Assembly: GCA_964016885.1 (NCBI GenBank)
Contig: OZ024743.1
Span: forward strand, 82,832,001 to 82,896,000
Length of the DNA stretch: 64,000 bases
From: Eledone cirrhosa
Taxonomy: Eukaryota
Direction of reading: 5' to 3'
The position numbers and the translations under genes were made by a program. The notes under the pieces were generated by a model. The model had not been told where the DNA came from. It worked only from the letters and a program-made list of their open reading frames with translations, and searched no databases. This document shows, in pieces, positions 27,917 through 40,576 of this stretch; the first letter of the stretch is position 1; every line of letters begins with the position of its first letter.

Positions 27917-30900
27917 CCAGTTTTAGTTGTCTGACTGTGGCCATGCTGGGGCACTGCCTTCATTTAGTCAATCATATCAACCCTAGTACCCTTTTCCCAG
28001 TTTTAGTTGTCTGACTGTGGCCATGCTGGGGCACTGCCTTCATTTAGTCAATCATATCAACCCTAGTACCCTTTCCCCAGTTTTAGTTGTCTGACTGTGG
28101 CCATGCTGGGGCACTGCCTTCATTTAGTCAATCATATCAACCCTAGTACCCTTTTCCCAGTTTTAGTTGTCTGACTGTGGCCATGCTGGGGCACTGCCTT
28201 CATTTAGTCAATCATATCAACCCTGGTACCTTTTTGCCCAGTTTTAGTTGTCTGACTGTGGCCATGCTGGGGCACTGCCTTCATTTAGTCAATCATATCA
28301 ACCCTAGTATATTTTTCCCAGTTTTAGTTGTCTTGACTGTGGCCATGCTGGGGCACTGCCTTCATTTCGTCAATCATATCAACCCTAGTACCCTTTTCCC
28401 AGTTTTAGTTGTCTGACTGTGGCCATGCTGGGGCACTGCCTTTATTTAGTCAATCATATCAACCCTAGTACCCTTTCCCCAGTTTTAGTTGTCTGACTGT
28501 GGCCATGCTGGGGCACTGCCTTCATTTAGTCAATCATATCAACCTTAGTACATTTTCCCCAGTTTTAGTTGTCTGACTGTGGCCATGTTGGGGCACTGCC
28601 TTTATTTAGTCAATCATATCAACCCTAGTACCCTTTCCCCAGTTTTAGTTGTCTGACTGTGGCCATGCTGGGGCACTGCCTTCATTTAGTCAATCATATC
28701 AACCCTAGTACCCTTTTCCCAGTTTTAGTTGTCTGACTGTGGCCATGCTGGGGCACTGCCTTCATTTAGTCAATCATATCAACCTTAGTACATTTTCCCC
28801 AGTTTTAGTTGTCTGACTGTGGCCATGCTGGGGCACTGCCTTCATTTAGTCAATCATATCAACCTTAGTACATTTTCCCCAGTTTTAGTTGTCTGACTGT
28901 GGCCATGCTGGGGCACTGCCTTTATTTAGTCAATCATATCAACCCTAGTACCCTTTTCCCAGTTTTAGTTGTCTGACTGTGGCCATGCTGGGGCACTGCC
29001 TTTATTTAGTCAATCATATCAACCCTAGTACCCTTTCCCCAGTTTTAGTTGTCTGACTGTGGCCATGCTGGGGCACTGCCTTCATTTCGTCAATCATATC
29101 AACCCTAGTACCCTTTTCCCAGTTTTAGTTGTCTGACTGTGGCCATGCTGGGGCACTGCCTTTATTTAGTCAATCATATCAACCCTAGTACCCTTTCCCC
29201 AGTTTTAGTTGTCTGACTGTGGCCATGCTGGGGCACTGCCTTTATTTAGTCAATCATATCAACCCTAGTACCCTTTTCCCAGTTTTAGTTGTCTGACTGT
29301 GGCGATGCTGGGGCACTGCCTTCATTTCGTCAATCATATCAACCCTAGTACCCTTTTCCCAGTTTTAGTTGTCTGACTGTGGCCATGCTGGGGCACTGCC
29401 TTCATTTAGTCAATCATATCAACCCTAGTACCCTTTTCCCAGTTTTAGTTGTCTGACTGTGGCCATGCTGGGGCACTGCCTTCATTTCGTCAATCATATC
29501 AACCCTAGTACCCTTTTCCCAGTTTTAGTTGTCTGACTGTGGCCATGCTGGGGCACTGCCTTCATTTCGTCAATCATATCAACCCTAGTACCCTTTTCCC
29601 AGTTTTAGTTGTCTGACTGTGGCCATGCTGGGGCACTGCCTTTATTTAGTCAATCATATCAACCCTAGTACCCTTTCCCCAGTTTTAGTTTTCTGACTGT
29701 GGCCATGCTGGGGCACTGCCTTTATTTAGTCAATCATATCAACCCTAGTACCCTTTTCCCAGTTTTAGTTGTCTGACTGTGGCCATGCTGGGGCACTGCC
29801 TTCATTTCGTCAATCATATCAACCCTAGTACCCTTTTCCCAGTTTTAGTTGTCTGACTGTGGCCATGCTGGGGCACTGCCTTTATTTAGTCAATCATATC
29901 AACCCTAGTACCCTTTCCCCAGTTTTAGTTGTCTGACTGTGGCCATGCTGGGGCACTGCCTTTATTTAGTCAATCATATCAACCCTAGTACCCTTTTCCC
30001 AGTTTTAGTTGTCTGACTGTGGCCATGCTGGGGCACTGCCTTTATTTAGTCAATCATATCAACCCTAGTACCCTTTCCCCAGTTTTAGTTGTCTGACTGT
30101 GGCCATGCTGGGGCACTGCCTTTATTTAGTCAATCATATCAACCCTAGTACCCTTTCCCCAGTTTTAGTTGTCTGACTGTGGCCATGCTGGGGCACTGCC
30201 TTCATTTAGTCAATCATATCAACCTTAGTACATTTTCCCCAGTTTTAGTTGTCTGACTGTGGCCATGCTGGGGCACTGCCTTTATTTAGTCAATCATATC
30301 AACCCTAGTACCCTTTCCCCAGTTTTAGTTGTCTGACTGTGGCCATGCTGGGGCACTGCCTTCATTTAGTCAATCATATCAACCTTAGTACATTTTCCCC
30401 AGTTTTAGTTGTCTGACTGTGGCCATGCTGGGGCACTGCCTTCATTTAGTCAATCATATCAACCTTAGTACATTTTCCCCAGTTTTAGTTGTCTGACTGT
30501 GGCCATGCTGGGGCACTGCCTTCATTTAGTCAATCATATCAACCTTAGTACATTTTCCCCAGTTTTAGTTGTCTGACTGTGGCCATGCTGGGGCACTGCC
30601 TTCATTTAGTCAATCATATCAACCTTAGTACATTTTCCCCAGTTTTAGTTGTCTGACTGTGGCCATGCTGGGGCACTGCCTTCATTTAGTCAATCATATC
30701 AACCTTAGTACATTTTCCCCAGTTTTAGTTGTCTGACTGTGGCCATGCTGGGGCACTGCCTTTATTTAGTCAATCATATCAACCCTAGTACCTTTTCCCC
30801 AGTTTTAGTTGTCTGACTGTGGCCATGCTGGGGCACTGCCTTCATTTCGTCAATCATATCAACCCTAGTACCCTTTTCCCAGTTTTAGTTGTCTGACTGT

Positions 30901-32440
30901 GGCTATGCTGGGGCACTGCCTTCATTTAGTCAATCATATCAACCTTAGTACATTTTCCCCAGTTTTAGTTGTCTGACTGTGGCCATGCTGGGGCACTGCC
31001 TTCATTTAGTCAATCATATCAACCTTAGTACATTTTCCCCAGTTTTAGTTGTCTGACTGTGGCCATGCTGGGGCACTGCCTTCATTTAGTCAATCATATC
31101 AACCCTAGTACCTTTTTGCCCAGTTTTAGTTGTCTGACTGTGGCCATGCTGGGGCACTGCCTTCATTTAGTCAATCATATCAACCCTAGTACCCTTTTCC
31201 CAGTTTTAGTTGTCTGACTGTGGCCATGCTGGGGGCACTGCCTCCATTTAGTCAATCATATCAACCCTAGTACATTTTTCCCAGTTTTAGTTGTCTGACT
31301 GTGGCCATGCTGGAACACTGCCTTCATTTAGTCAATCATATCAACCTTAGTACATTTTCCCCAGTTTTAGTTGTCTGACTGTGGCCATGCTGGGGCACTG
31401 CCTTCATTTAGTCAATCATATCAACCCTAGTACCTTTTTCCCAGTTTTAGTTGTCTGACTGTGGCCATGCTGGGGCACTGCCTTCATTTAGTCAATCATA
31501 TCAACCCTAGTACCTTTTTCCCCAGTTTTAGTTGTCTGACTGTGGCCATGCTGGGGCACTGCCTTCATTTCGTCAATCATATCAACCCTAGTACCTTTGT
31601 CCCCAGTTTTAGTTGTCTGACTGTGGCCATGCTGGGGCACTGCCTTCATTTAGTCAATCATATCAACCCTAGTACCCTTTTCCCAGTTTTAGTTGTCTGA
31701 CTGTGGCCATGCTGGGGGCACTGCCTCCATTTAGTCAATCATATCAACCCTAGTACCCTTTTCCCAGTTTTAGTTGTCTGACTGTGGCCATGCTGGGGCA
31801 CTGCCTTCATTTAGTCAATCATATCAACCCTAGTACCTTTTTCCCCAGTTTTAGTTGTCTGACTGTGGCCATGCTGGGGCACTGCCTTCATTTCGTCAAT
31901 CATATCAACCCTAGTACCCTTTTCCCAGTTTTAGTTGTCTGACTGTGGCCATGCTAGGGCACTGCCTTCATTTAGTCAATCATATCAACCCTAGTACCCT
32001 TTTCCCAGTTTTAGTTGTCTGACTGTGGCCATGCTAGGGCACTGCCTTCATTTAGTCAATCATATCAACCCTGGTACCCTTTTCCCAGTTTTAGTTGTCT
32101 GACTGTGGCCATGCTAGGGCACTGCCTTCATTTAGTCAATCATATCAACCCTAGTACCCTTTTCCCAGTTTTAGTTGTCTGACTGTGGCCATGCTGGGGC
32201 ACTGCCTTCATTTAGTCAATCATATCAACCCTAGTACCCTTTTCCCAGTTTTAGTTGTCTGACTGTGGCCATGCTAGCACTGCCTTCGTTTAGTCAATCT
32301 TATCAACCCTAGTACATTTTTCCCAGTTTTCGTTGTCTGACTGTGGCCATGCTGGGGCACTGCCTTCATTTAGTCAATCATATCAATCCTAGTATATTTT
32401 TCCCAGTTTTTGTTGTCTGACTGTGGCCATGCTGGGGCAC
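27917..32440. repeat. 60-bp tandem satellite, ~75 copies, highly homogeneous
   Basis: Unit CCAGTTTTAGTTGTCTGACTGTGGCCATGCTGGGGCACTGCCTTCATTTAGTCAATCATATCAACCCTAGTACCCTTTTC-type; columns stay in register over successive 60-nt lines. Confidence 0.97.
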
Positions 32441-33007
32441 ATGATTTGGGCTGACCCTTCTACCCAACACACACTCACTTATATACATATACAATGAGTT
32501 TCTGCAATTAAATTCCAAGAGATACTTGCCCAAGGTGCTGCACTGCAGGACTCAACCCTGGACCCTGAACCTCATGGTTGCAAAGAAAACTCCTTAACCA
32601 TGACTCTTTTTGTTTTTCTTCTTTCTTCACTCATTCCTTCCTCACTCTAATTCCCACAGAATATTTTTATATTTATATCTCTGATGATGATGATGATGAT
32701 CTCTGTCTGGTCAAGAGTTATCTGACTTTTATCCACCTTTAATTTATATCTTTACAAATTCTGTCTCTACAACTTTCTTTTTTGTTTGTTTTGGAGATTT
32801 TTTGGTTTCTTTTCTCCTTCAATTGTCAAATTGAAGTCAGATTAAATCATCATCATCCTTATAACAATGGTAACCCCTCCCCAATTCGTCAAACACCTAT
32901 TACCTCCCTTAGTAATGCCATCTCTAGTTTAAATGTCTCATAGTATGATATAGGCCACCACCTTTCAATATATGATCACAATTATATGATCATAATACAG
33001 CTTAGAT

Positions 33008-33636
33008 CAGAAGTTCTCAAAGTGGGCACTACCACCCCATAGGGATGTTGAGAAGGTCCAGGGGGGCACTGCAGCTTAACGGGGTGGTAGAGATGATATA
33101 ATAGTATATTAACTATAGTAAAATATATATATAAATATAGTAAAATAAAAAATATATAATATTTATTTATACATAGTATCATCATCATAGTATATATTAT
33201 ATTATTTATTACATATAAATGAATGATTTTACTTATTATATATAACGATATGATGAAATTATTGTGTACAGTGCTCAGGTGCACTAGAACTCGTCAAAGG
33301 TGTATGTATAGTACATAGAATAATATACAAATGTCAGGGAAGTGAATAGTGTATGAGTCATGATATACATGTGTGTATGTGTATGGAGGGGGAACACTAG
33401 GTGTAGTGTTGGCGAATCTCGGGAAGCATGGAGGTTTTAAAGGATGCAGTGTCTCGACAGCTAATAACTGATGCAGGTAGTTTGCTCCATGCTTCAGCAA
33501 CTGTGGGCGTGAAAAAATGTTTGTATATCATTTACAACTTGTGTGTAGGTATGTCTCTCCTATAGGGTGGGGGCGCTGAGGGTAATATGTCGCCGGGGGG
33601 GGGGGGGGGGGGGGGGTAAAAGTTTGAGAACCTCTA
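33008..33636. mobile_element. Probable hAT (Charlie-like) non-autonomous element with a nested CR1 3' fragment
   Basis: Ends CAGAAGTTCTCAAAGT ... AGTTTGAGAACCTCTA are imperfect TIRs; TSD not recognisable. Confidence 0.55.
33245..33522 (-). mobile_element. 5'-truncated 3' end of the same CR1 family as 9830-13031
   Basis: Reverse complement of ~12755-13025 (CTGAGCACT.TACACAATAATTTCA, GACACTGCATCCTTTAAAACCTCCATGCTT). A ~50-bp tail-only copy lies at ~53205-53255(-). Confidence 0.88.
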
Positions 33637-33654
33637 TAATTATTATTATAATGA

Positions 33655-33850
33655 AGGCAGTGGATTGGCAGTATCGGTAGAGTGTCAGACACTATGCTTT
33701 GCAGCATAGAGTTATGGCTCTTTACATTCTGAGTTCAAATTCTGCCGAGGTTAGCTTTGCCTTTCATCATTACGGGGTTGATAAAATAAAGTACCATTAA
33801 TGCACTGGGGTAATTGCTGGCCTTGTGCCAAAAGTAGAAACAATTATTAT
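33655..33850 (+). mobile_element. tRNA-derived SINE family B (Meta-domain-like centre, (ATT)n tail)
   Basis: GG..GTGGATTGGCAG head, GAGTTCAAAT B box, centre CTTTCATC.TTACGGGGT.GATAAAATAAAGTACC. Further copies at ~37421-37650, 37830-38000, 46715-46905, 53424-53615, 53720-53860 (+) and 46490-46645, 47060-47395, 52655-52780 (-). Confidence 0.8.
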
Positions 33851-33855
33851 TATAA

Positions 33856-34411
33856 CTAGCAGAAAAGCTCCCCTTCGGGTGGTTTGTCTACTATCATGTG
33901 TAGTGGGTATATTGATATTATACGCAAGTATATATACATGTAGATATAATACATCAAATAAAATAGTAATTGGAGAGAGACTGTGTTACACTCTCTTCTG
34001 TAATCAGTAAAGTAATCCATGATACATTTAAAAAAGACGATATTATATATAAACTGCATTACGGTGAAATGTAATGAAAATGAAAAAGGAGAAAATTAGT
34101 GACCGAAATATAAACATTGTGATATAACGATGCAAATATATGAATGTTTATATAAGTGATATGATATAGCATACGTTATATCATAACCGGAAGTATTGAG
34201 ATTTGAAAATTTGATTTGAAAAGAAATGAATCTTAAAATAAGCAATCATTATATATAGGAATATTTATGTTTAATCAACAGCTACGAAATTTAGTAGATA
34301 AATTATGTAATATTCATTCATTATTTATTGAAAGTAATCTAACTTATTTTTCTCACAGGATAAACAAATAAATTCAGGACAGTCCCACACTCTCCCTTTA
34401 TTATATTATGA
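33856..34411 (-). mobile_element. Probable non-autonomous Helitron
   Basis: Minus strand reads A|TCATAATATAATAAAGGG ... GC-rich subterminal hairpin (CCC-GAA-GGG) ... CTGCTAG|T: TC start, CTAG end, AT target, no TSD. Confidence 0.55.
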
Positions 34412-34682
34412 TAATGCTGGGTCTTTTTGACTCCTCCTATTTTGATTCCAAAATGTATTTCTTGCCTTAAATTGCTATCTAAAAGGTTAAGTCAGCCAGA
34501 ACAATGAACTATCATCATCATCACTATCAGTAGTAACATTATCATCACCACTATCAACGTTATCATCATCACTATCATCATTATCATCATCACCACTATC
34601 AGTAGTATCAACATTATCATTATTAACATAATCCATAAGCTTCCAATTTCATTTCACTGCAATTTATTACTTTTTCAATTCC

Positions 34683-34747
<65 letters not shown>

Positions 34748-35184
34748 GCTCCTACCTTTTTTTCGTTTTCTTTCCTTCCTCCTACCTCCTCCGCTTCACT
34801 TTGGTCAAAATGTCACCTGCTACTCATCAGTCAAGCCCCCCCCCCCTCTTCACTTTAGTCAATAATCTATTTTTAGAGTTTTGTGTTTAGTCCTCTTGAG
34901 AGAGGGGGGATAGAGAGGGAGATTGCCTCCCTGAAGGGGGGAGAGAGGGAGATTGCCTCCCTGGAGGGGGGAGAGAGGGGGATAGAGAGAGAGATTGCCT
35001 CCTTGACATTTCCAGATATAACAGGGAGTCATTTGAGAAAAAGATATTTGTGCCTCCCCCGTTAGTTCATTTGCTTTATTGGACATCGGTACTCTGGTGA
35101 GTTGGAGAGTTGAAGAGTTGCCTCCAAAATGGCACCAGCTTCAAATCAGATGGAATTTAAAGGGTCTTTCAAAGTCAACACTCT

Positions 35185-35278
<94 letters not shown>

Positions 35279-35532
35279 GTACAGTGATTGCGTGTGTATA
35301 TATATATAATAAAAGGACAATTTTTATGTCTTCATTATTGAGTAGTGAAGCATGTTTCACTATTGATCAGCTCAAGGTTTGATCTGGTTCAATCCAGATC
35401 AAGGTTTGATATAGATCGAACCTTGAGCTGATCAATAGTGAAACATGCTTCACTACTCAATAAATATAATGAAGACATAATTGGGGTTAACCACAGTTAG
35501 TAAGGTACTCAATACATAAGAATCAAGTTTAA

Positions 35533-35743
35533 CTCTTTAGCATTTTTCTATATATACTATTGTATTTTCGCAGTAAAGGCTTTACCTCACATATCTCACA
35601 TAATATCAAATTTATGAGATTTTGATATTATTTATTTTGAGTACAATTACCCTAATGTCAGTATGAGTGGCTGGTTATGGCCGGTTTGAACAGAAAGAGG
35701 TGAGAGAATTCTTGCCAAATCAGCCGGTTTAAATGCTAAAGAG
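35533..35743 (-). mobile_element. piggyBac-type MITE, family 1, complete
   Basis: TTAA flanks (35529-35532, 35744-35747); TIRs CTCTTTAGCATTT ... AAATGCTAAAGAG; body is the reverse of 16575-16777. Truncated copy at 51122-51232(+). Confidence 0.85.
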
Positions 35744-36185
35744 TTAATAGAGAAATGGCTTCTACACGATTAGAACTGTTTCATTTACAATGATTTCTTT
35801 TGAATGAAACAGTTCTAGTCCTGTAGAAATCATTTCTATATTAAACTTGATATATCATCATCATCATCATCATCACCGTTTTATGTCCGTTCTTCCATGC
35901 TAGCATGGGTTAGACGGGTTGTCCTGTTGTGGGCAGTGTCCGGTCAGCTGACCTTCTCTTGCTCATACGGGAACTGATTCTGGGTTGATTTCTACAGCTG
36001 GATGCCCTTTTTTGCCGTGGCACCTCCATTTTGCAGTGGAATGATAGGGACTCTAGTCCTATCATCTCATTTCTACAGCTGAATAAACTGGAGCAATGTG
36101 AAATAAAGTGTCTTGCTCAAGGAAACAACACATCACCTGGTCCGAGAATTGAACTCACAACCTTTCGATTGCAAACCTAATGCTC

Positions 36186-36236
<51 letters not shown>

Positions 36237-37376
36237 ATAATAATAAAATTGAAGACTAAAATCCAAAGAGGGCTCGATAAGGAAAATATATATCAAATAT
36301 ATAAGAACCGTAGAGCAAATATTTATTAAAATAACAGATTAAAGTTTAAGCAAAGAATCGCTGCTTTCACCCTTAACGGAATCTTCTGAAAGATCCCGTT
36401 AAGGGTGAAAGCAGCGATTCTTTGCTTAAACTTTAATCTGTTATTTTAATAAATATATATATATATTTTTTTTAATTGGTTTCAAGTTTTTTTACTCATT
36501 TTTTGTTTATGTTCCCCTACCTCTCCCTCTCTCACACTACCTTTCTCCCTCTCCTCCCCTCCTCCTCCTGGTCTATTTTTATAACTTGCAATCCTATTTT
36601 TCTTTCATCCTTATTAATATATAATATATATATGCATATACATATGAACACACATACACATTTCTATGATGTGTATATGTGTGTGTGTGCATGTGTGTGT
36701 GTGAGTGCATGCCTAAAGTGTCCCAAGTTTAAATAATAAAAATGAATATAAGTACAAAAACTAATTCACCAATAAGTAATTTTTGAAAAATTAAATTAAA
36801 TTTAAATTAACATTATTAATTTTTGACTCAGGTAATGAAACGATCCCATTCTCTTGTCCAAAAGTTTTTTTTTTAATTTATTTATTTTTAAAACAGTTTT
36901 CTTTTTTAAATTCAAATATTTATAGTATCTTTACTAGTGGACAGGTTGCTGTGAACATTTGTAGTATTAGACAAGACACTTTAACATTTAATGTGATATA
37001 ATGAATAATGTTGCATAGTCTGCATATTAACTGACTTTCAACATCCTGTAATGATTTAGCAGAAAATATCTAAAAATGGGTTAATTCAAATGTTTACAGT
37101 ATCTTTACTATAGGACAGGTTGTCATATTTGATTTTTAATGCAATCACAGAGCTGTTTTGTACTTTGCAAGAATATCATGTGAATTTGGTACATGCCATT
37201 AAGAGTTAAATAATACTGCTTCTATTGTTACTATTGTTGTTGTTGCTGTTGTTACTGTGGTGTTTGTTTATAACTACTGTTGTTGCAACTATTTCTATCC
37301 TTCTTTACTCTAACTACTAACAATATAACTTTTGCTGTTGTTGTTGTTCTTATTCTTGTTTAACATACTTTTAAAA

Positions 37377-37409
<33 letters not shown>

Positions 37410-38616
37410 GGTAGTAAATAGGGTGGTGAATTGGCAGTATCAGTAGAGGGTCGGACGCCATGCTTTGCAGCAAAGAGTTACGGCCCTTTATGATCTGAGT
37501 TCAAATCCCACTGAGGTTAACTTTGTCTTTCATCCTTACAGGGTCGATAAAATAAAGTACCAGTAATGCACTGGGGTCAATTTAATCGAGTTTCCCCTCC
37601 TGCCAAAATTTGCTGACCTTGTGCCTAAATCAGACACCATTATTATTATTAATAATAATAATTACGGGGTTGATAAAATAAAGTACCAGTAATACACTGG
37701 GATAATTGCTGGCCTTGTGCAAAAGTAGAAACAATTATTATTGATGGCTGCTGTCACAATCTTGTTAAACAGGTGTATGTCTTTGTATTTTTGTTTTGTG
37801 ATCATTTGTAGCAGTTGTTATTGTAAAACAGTGGATTGACAGTATCGTAGAGCATCAGACAGCATGCTGTGCAACAAAGAACATAAAGGGCCGTAACTCT
37901 GAGTTCAAATCCCGCCGAGTTTAGCTCTGCTTTTCATCCTTACAGGGTTGATAAAATAAAGTATGAGTAATACACTGGTGTTAATTTATTCGACTTTCCC
38001 CTTGTTGTGGTTGTTGTGGTTGTTGTTGTAGTAGTTGTGGTTGTAGCTGTTGTGGATGTTGTTGTTGTTGTAGCAGTAGTTGTTGTTGTGGTTGATGTTG
38101 TAGTAGTTGTTGTTGTAGTTGTGGTTGATGTTGTAGTTGTGGTTGATGTAGTAGTTGTTGATGTCGTAGCTGTTGTTGTGGTTATTATTATTATGATAAC
38201 ATGTTCCAGTTGATGAGATCAATGGAATAGCCTACTCGTTAAATTAACATTTTAGTGATTGAGTATTCCATTGACACCCATAACATAATTTCTCAGGGAG
38301 ATTCAGCATGACATAGTGCATGACAAAGCTGACCCCCTTTGAATTACAGGTACCACTCAGTGAAAGTGTTTTTTCTGAAGAACACATGATTTGAACACCC
38401 TAACCTCTAAGCCAGGTGCCTTCGCAAGATTAAAGATAATAATGATGATGATGATGGTGGTGGTGGTGGTGGTGGTGGTGGTTCTCATTGTTTTTTTAGT
38501 TACTCTCCATCCTACAATACAAAATGATGGTGGGGGGCATATATATATATCCAGGTAAAACTTGAACCGTTAAGGTCTCATTCCTGGATATGTCAATATT
38601 TATAAAACAAGCTCTG

Positions 38617-38677
38617 TATTTTATCTGATGAGAGCGTACCAAAGTTTTGGTACCCTTGAAATATATATAATAGAATA
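38617..38677 (+). ncRNA. Type I hammerhead ribozyme, canonical core, within a ~240-bp element (38551-38788) flanked by (TA)n
   Basis: TATTTTAT-CTGATGA-GAG.GTACCAAA/TTTGGTAC.CTT-GAA-ATATATAT-A^ATAGAATA: 8-bp stem I, long stem II, palindromic stem III. Predicted cleavage after 38669. Confidence 0.75.
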
Positions 38678-38786
38678 AATATGCCATCAGGGTCTTGAAC
38701 ATTTTCCTATTACCCAATCTGCTACCCTAAGTATTAAGTACTCTGGTGCATTATGGTCCATCTGGTTCCTTACCACACTTCCTTCG

Positions 38787-38824
<38 letters not shown>

Positions 38825-39564
38825 AAGTTGGTGGTTCACCATTGTATAGAACTGGTCATTCCATATAGTTTACCATGATGCAATAGCAGAAAAAGCACTC
38901 AATGTAACGCAACTCAATCATCTTTGATGTAAGATTCTGTTGGTGGTGCGGGAATGGAGTTCTGTCACTTTATTCAAGATTATATATATAATTCAAATTA
39001 AAAAATATATGAATATATAGAGAGAAAGAACCATCTCAAGAGAATACACAATATATTGTATATATACAAAGCACATATTTCAAAGAAAAATATGTACTAT
39101 AGATGCAAACAATAAAATTCCTTATAGCACTATTTCCTGACCAGTAGTACCATAACTTAAAAATCAATCTATGTAATCGATCATCGATCACAAACTATTG
39201 ATTTTGGTTAAGGTATGGGAGACATGAATCAATCATCAGAAGAAATCGTCAATTATATAATTCGAAACAAAAGTATACAGTTGCAATATAGTATGTCTAA
39301 CCCATGCTAGCGTGGAAGATAGACGTTAAACGATGATATACAATATACCTGTTTATATCTGGAGGGAAACTATGAACTAATGCCAAGCTGGAAGCAGCAT
39401 GGTGTAGTCACATTTAACCCAAGGTAACAGATAAACAAAACAGGACATCAATTCTATATATATATAGATATATTTTTGTTTGTCAGAGCAATTATCTCTA
39501 CAGCTCGGCTATTCTTGCTGCCACTAAATTATCTAACCGTTATATTGTGGTCAGCCTTGGTATC

Positions 39565-39945
39565 AGTGTGACTACCCAGCTAACAGTGTACCATATGTCA
39601 GCAGGATCAAGTGATCTGTAGGTCACACTCAGGTGTATGACCACTGACTACCTGGGTAGCAGCATGCTATAGATCAGCAGGATCAAGTGGTATGTAGGTC
39701 ACACCCAGGTTTATGACCACTGAATACCTGGGTACCAACATGCTACAAATCAATAGGATCAAGTAATATGTAGGTCAATAAATATACAGGTTACACCCAG
39801 ATGTATGGCCACTGACTACCCGAGTAGCAGTGTACCATATGTTAGCAGGATCAAGTGATCTGTAGGTCAATAGATTTGTAGGTCATACCCAGTTGTTCAA
39901 AAACCATCTACTGAGATACCAGTGTACTATAGGTCAAGTGGAGTA
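39565..39945. repeat. Degenerate ~76-bp tandem repeat, 4-5 copies
   Basis: Recurring CAGCAGGATCAAGTGATCTGTAGGTCACACCCAGG..TATGACCACTGACTACC. Confidence 0.75.
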
Positions 39946-40576
39946 AGGCTGACCTGTGGCTACATCACAACGATATAACATGCAACAGTAAAATAAGAGT
40001 GTAATTTAATTTTTGGTAGCCAGGCCAGCTGGAGCAATTAACTTCGACAGATTTCACCGGGATGTATATATAGTAGCTGGTAAGTTAGTTAAAGTCTGTT
40101 CAAAGTCAAGGGGCTCATCAAGTCTGAACTTGTCCCAGTTTCATTGGCATTGACTGAAAGTACAAGAATCCCTCCTCCCTGTCCCCAGACTCGTACTAAC
40201 TTTTTCAGCTCATTTGACTAGAGCAATGTGAAATGAAGTGTCTTACTCAACAACATAACACACTAACTAGTCTGGGAATCAACCTATGACCTTATGGTTG
40301 TGTGCATAACACTTTAACCACTTGGCTTTATACCTTGACAGTAAAGTTGTGAGATTTAAATTCATGACTATATATGATATGAAGAACCAATGTTGACAAT
40401 GATGATGATGATGATTATAATAATGATTTTGTAACTAGGGTAGTATGGCAGTTTTTATGGTTTATAGAATCTGTCCCTAAAGTATTACAGATACTTATTT
40501 ATATTAACTATAGAAAGGTGAAGAGTGAAATACATTCTGGTGAAACAGACTATTTTAATCAAACATGTTCACTCTT

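Noticed and set aside
27917-32440. CRISPR-like array
   Set aside because: Contiguous identical units with no unique spacers, no cas genes, eukaryotic intron context.
39232-39285. Hammerhead-like CAGAAGA...CGAAAC..GTA
   Set aside because: Core mismatch and no consistent stem I; at best a decayed relic.
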